Source: Adineta vaga
Taxonomy: Eukaryota; Animalia; Rotifera
DNA: 64,000 bases
NCBI GenBank assembly: GCA_021613535.1
Contig: CP075496.1
Location: forward strand, 806,001-870,000
Reading direction: 5' to 3'
Shown: in pieces, positions 61,101 to 64,000 of the stretch
How positions within the stretch are numbered: position 1 is the stretch's first letter
Layout: each line of letters opens with the position of its first letter
Position numbers and translations under genes: made by a program
Notes under the pieces: generated by a model
The model's database searches: none
Seen by the model: only the letters and a program-made list of their open reading frames with translations
Told to the model about the DNA's origin: nothing

Positions 61101-64000
61101 TTTCCGGCATCTCTTTTTTTTTCTTTCCATAATGGAAACATTCGCATGCAACTTCAAATGTATGTATATATTTATATTCACATTTGGGACAAGTCTAAAA
61201 CAAAATGTATACGAAGAGAAAAGGATGATTTGCGATTAGAACCTGTCGCCGTTTTTCTTCTTCTCTCTTTTTCATTCATAGATGTTGTCCAGTGGATCAA
61301 TGACCAGAAATGTTGTTGGATAGTCATGATCAACTGTTTTGTGATATAGAATAAACTAATGAGAAAGAGAGACACTATTTTTACCTCACTCTCTTTCCAT
61401 CTTTCTTCTCTTTTTTTTTATTTACGCAGAAAGAATCAAATAGAAATGAGGAAAAAAAGAGATGGATGCCTGCCGTGCTCTTGCCTCTGTCGAGAGATGA
61501 GATGAAACGAATGAATGAATAGATGAATGAATAAATAAAACGCGCACAGTGCTTATTAATAGTAAAAAAGTCTGACGTGTCTTTCAACATCATCAATACT
61601 TATATTATAGAGACATGAAGAGTAAAGAAAGGTAAAAATTCGTTTTCAAAACTCTTAGATCGAAAAACCAACGAAAGAAAACTAAAACTTTTCTTCTTCT
61701 TCTTCTTTATCTATATAGATCCTAATTAATCTTTCGATAATAGATAATACTATCCTAAAGTTCTTTAAGAATTTCTTTTAAAGGTCGGAAAAAGAAATAA
61801 AAATGCATATATATTTGAGTCGACTATATTTTAACTGGTCTATTCAAGTCACGTATTATCTATTATCTATCTCTCTTGACAAACGAAACACGTCGTGTCT
61901 TTTCTCCTTCATTTCAACTAGACCATCGATTTGATTAGGACGCACATAGAACAAGACAAAATGCAGGTGTCGAGTAAAATTTATTATAACGTCGTTTATT
62001 GTCGTGCTCAAGCCTTTCGTAAGTAAGCTTTTCTTTCTTTTTTTTTGGCTTTTTTCTCCTCTGAATGTGAAGACATATACATGTCGAACAAGGACGATTG
62101 TCACATAAATCAATTTCCGTTTTACACACACCCATTCATGTATGTATAAATCATGAGCGTAAACATAGTGAAATAATGGAAGTAGTTTGTACCTTAGTTT
62201 TGAAAAGTATAAGAAGAGAAAAATGAAAACTTGCAAGAGAAGAAACAAGTACATTAATATGCCTAATGTTAAGTGTTAATGTAAGTATGTTCGTTCAGTA
62301 AGAAAGAAAGAAAGCCTCTCAAACGTCTCATTTATCAATGATTTATTGACAAAAAAAAAACGAAGAAAAAAAATTTCTTTTCTGCTTTTTGAATAAATAA
62401 ATAACTGTTTTGTCATTAGAAATTCTTCTGTCAAGATAAACAAGTCATTTATTAACTCGAGCATATTCAACATCGACTTTTTTTTCTTCTTTTCATGACA
62501 AGAAGAAAACTTTCTTTCGGTTTTTTCTTCTTTTATTTCATAAGACGAGAAAAAAAACAACAAAAGGATTATTGAGAAGAATATTTTCTGTTTAAAACAT
62601 TCTCATTTGAGAATAGTTCAATTGTCAAGAGATTGAGTTTACTGTCTTTCGAAAGATGAATATTACACCTGTGTGTAAGGAGATGATCTATGTTTGTCTA
62701 ATAGATGATCCTTGTCGAGATTTTATTGACTTTAGCCCATTTATTCATTCGTTTCTTTTGCTTTTTTTCTTCTTCTCTTTAAACTGTCAAGTGTTCGTGT
62801 GTACGTTCTCTCTTTCTTTCTTATCTCAAGGTGTAGAAATTCAGTGCCTGGAGCTTTTTACTCGTTTTTCTCTAACGAAATTTCTGTAAAGATTGATATT
62901 TTTCATTTATTTATTTATAATTAAATCGTATGCATGCATGCATATAATTAAGTCAACAAATGAACGTGTGTCTCTAGAACATTATTATTATTGAAAAGAA
63001 AAATTAATATTATCATATAGACATTAATATCTTTTCTTTTTCTTTATTAAAAAAGAAAAAAAAAGGGCTTGTGAATAGAATTCTATTTTTATCTCTTCTC
63101 ATTTGACACGTTTTCAATCTTTTCTTTTTTCATAAATAACACAAAAAAAATGTATTTGTTACATAAAGAAAAAAAAGTCGTCCGACAAGAAAAAGATTCA
63201 TATTAACAATAATTCCATTTGCATAGGTAAAAAGAAACTAAATTAGAATGAATACAAGGTTAATATATTATCCTTTTTTTATCGGATTATTCTCGCTTAA
63301 ATAATTTTCTTCTTCTTCTTGAACAAAAAGAAATTCGTTTGATATTTTTATCTAATTTAATTTCTTTCTTTCTCTCATTTAGATATTATCGTATAACTAA
63401 AGAAAATCTAAAAAATATTTCATCAGGTTAAGTATTCAAATGAAAATGAGAAAGAAAAAAAAACGAGATTTTATTCACAAATCTAAATACTTGATTTCCT
63501 ACTTGACTTTATACGTAAAAGTACGCCATCTAGAAATCTGTCAAATAGTGGTATAATGAATGTATGTTTATTTGTGCTAGATGATATAAGATTGTTGTTA
63601 TTATTATTATTATTATTATATAGGAAAAAAAGAAACGCGAAGAAAAGATAATTAATGATGAAGTATAGATAGTTGACATCTGTTAGATTTGACACACTCA
63701 TTTCGAACTTTATTTATTTATTACCGAAAGAATCATGTTTTTTTTTCTTCTTCTCTTCTAGATGTTCTTTATATATTGATTGCTTTGTGTTGTTGTTGTT
63801 GTTTTTGTTGGTTTTTTTTTGTCCAATCGTTGACAAAAAAATCTAATCTGTGCATTCCATCCATCTACACAGAAGACAAACACACACATCGTTGTTTTAT
63901 TTATCAAATCCGGTGTTGCCCTTTGATTCTTTTTTCTTCTTCTTTTGTTTATTTCATTCATATTTGCAATATGATTATTTTCTTTAAACGTAAGTTCATT

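Noticed and set aside
56000-64000. Many 60-180 aa ORFs
   Set aside because: Low-complexity F/K/I-rich or microsatellite-derived frames with no domains or coherent splice chain. Treated as intergenic, intronic or regulatory DNA.

Overview
Eukaryotic, very AT-rich genomic DNA with short (mostly ~45-70 bp) GT-AG introns. Most likely a bdelloid rotifer (Adineta/Rotaria-like). This is inferred from the expanded F-box/LRR and NHL families, many intron-containing genes of bacterial type, and a mixed (TGTGGG)/(TGAGGG) tract matching published bdelloid telomere repeats. The left ~35 kb is an 'accessory' zone rich in non-autonomous transposons, pseudogenes and foreign-looking genes. It holds a secreted phage-tail-collar/EGF/NHL chimera, SGNH and PLA2-CBM pseudogenes, a duplicated bacterial-type GH13 amylase, an HPP transporter and an interstitial telomeric tract. 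It also holds a TRAF gene next to three adjacent bacterial conflict-system-type genes: a membrane-anchored papain-fold (Tox-PL/OspI-like) protein, an AbiEii-like nucleotidyltransferase ending in a polybasic CaaX box, and a TerB-like protein. The right part carries core metazoan genes (caprin, three tandem GT10 fucosyltransferases, VGLUT/eat-4) and ~8 kb of non-coding DNA. Two Pol III genes are present: an ordinary tRNA-Met(CAT), and an unusual tRNA-shaped gene (55758-55897, minus). The latter gives a perfect CAU-anticodon cloverleaf only if a 69-nt hairpin is removed from a non-canonical position inside the anticodon stem. All calls come from manual reading; no database search was run.
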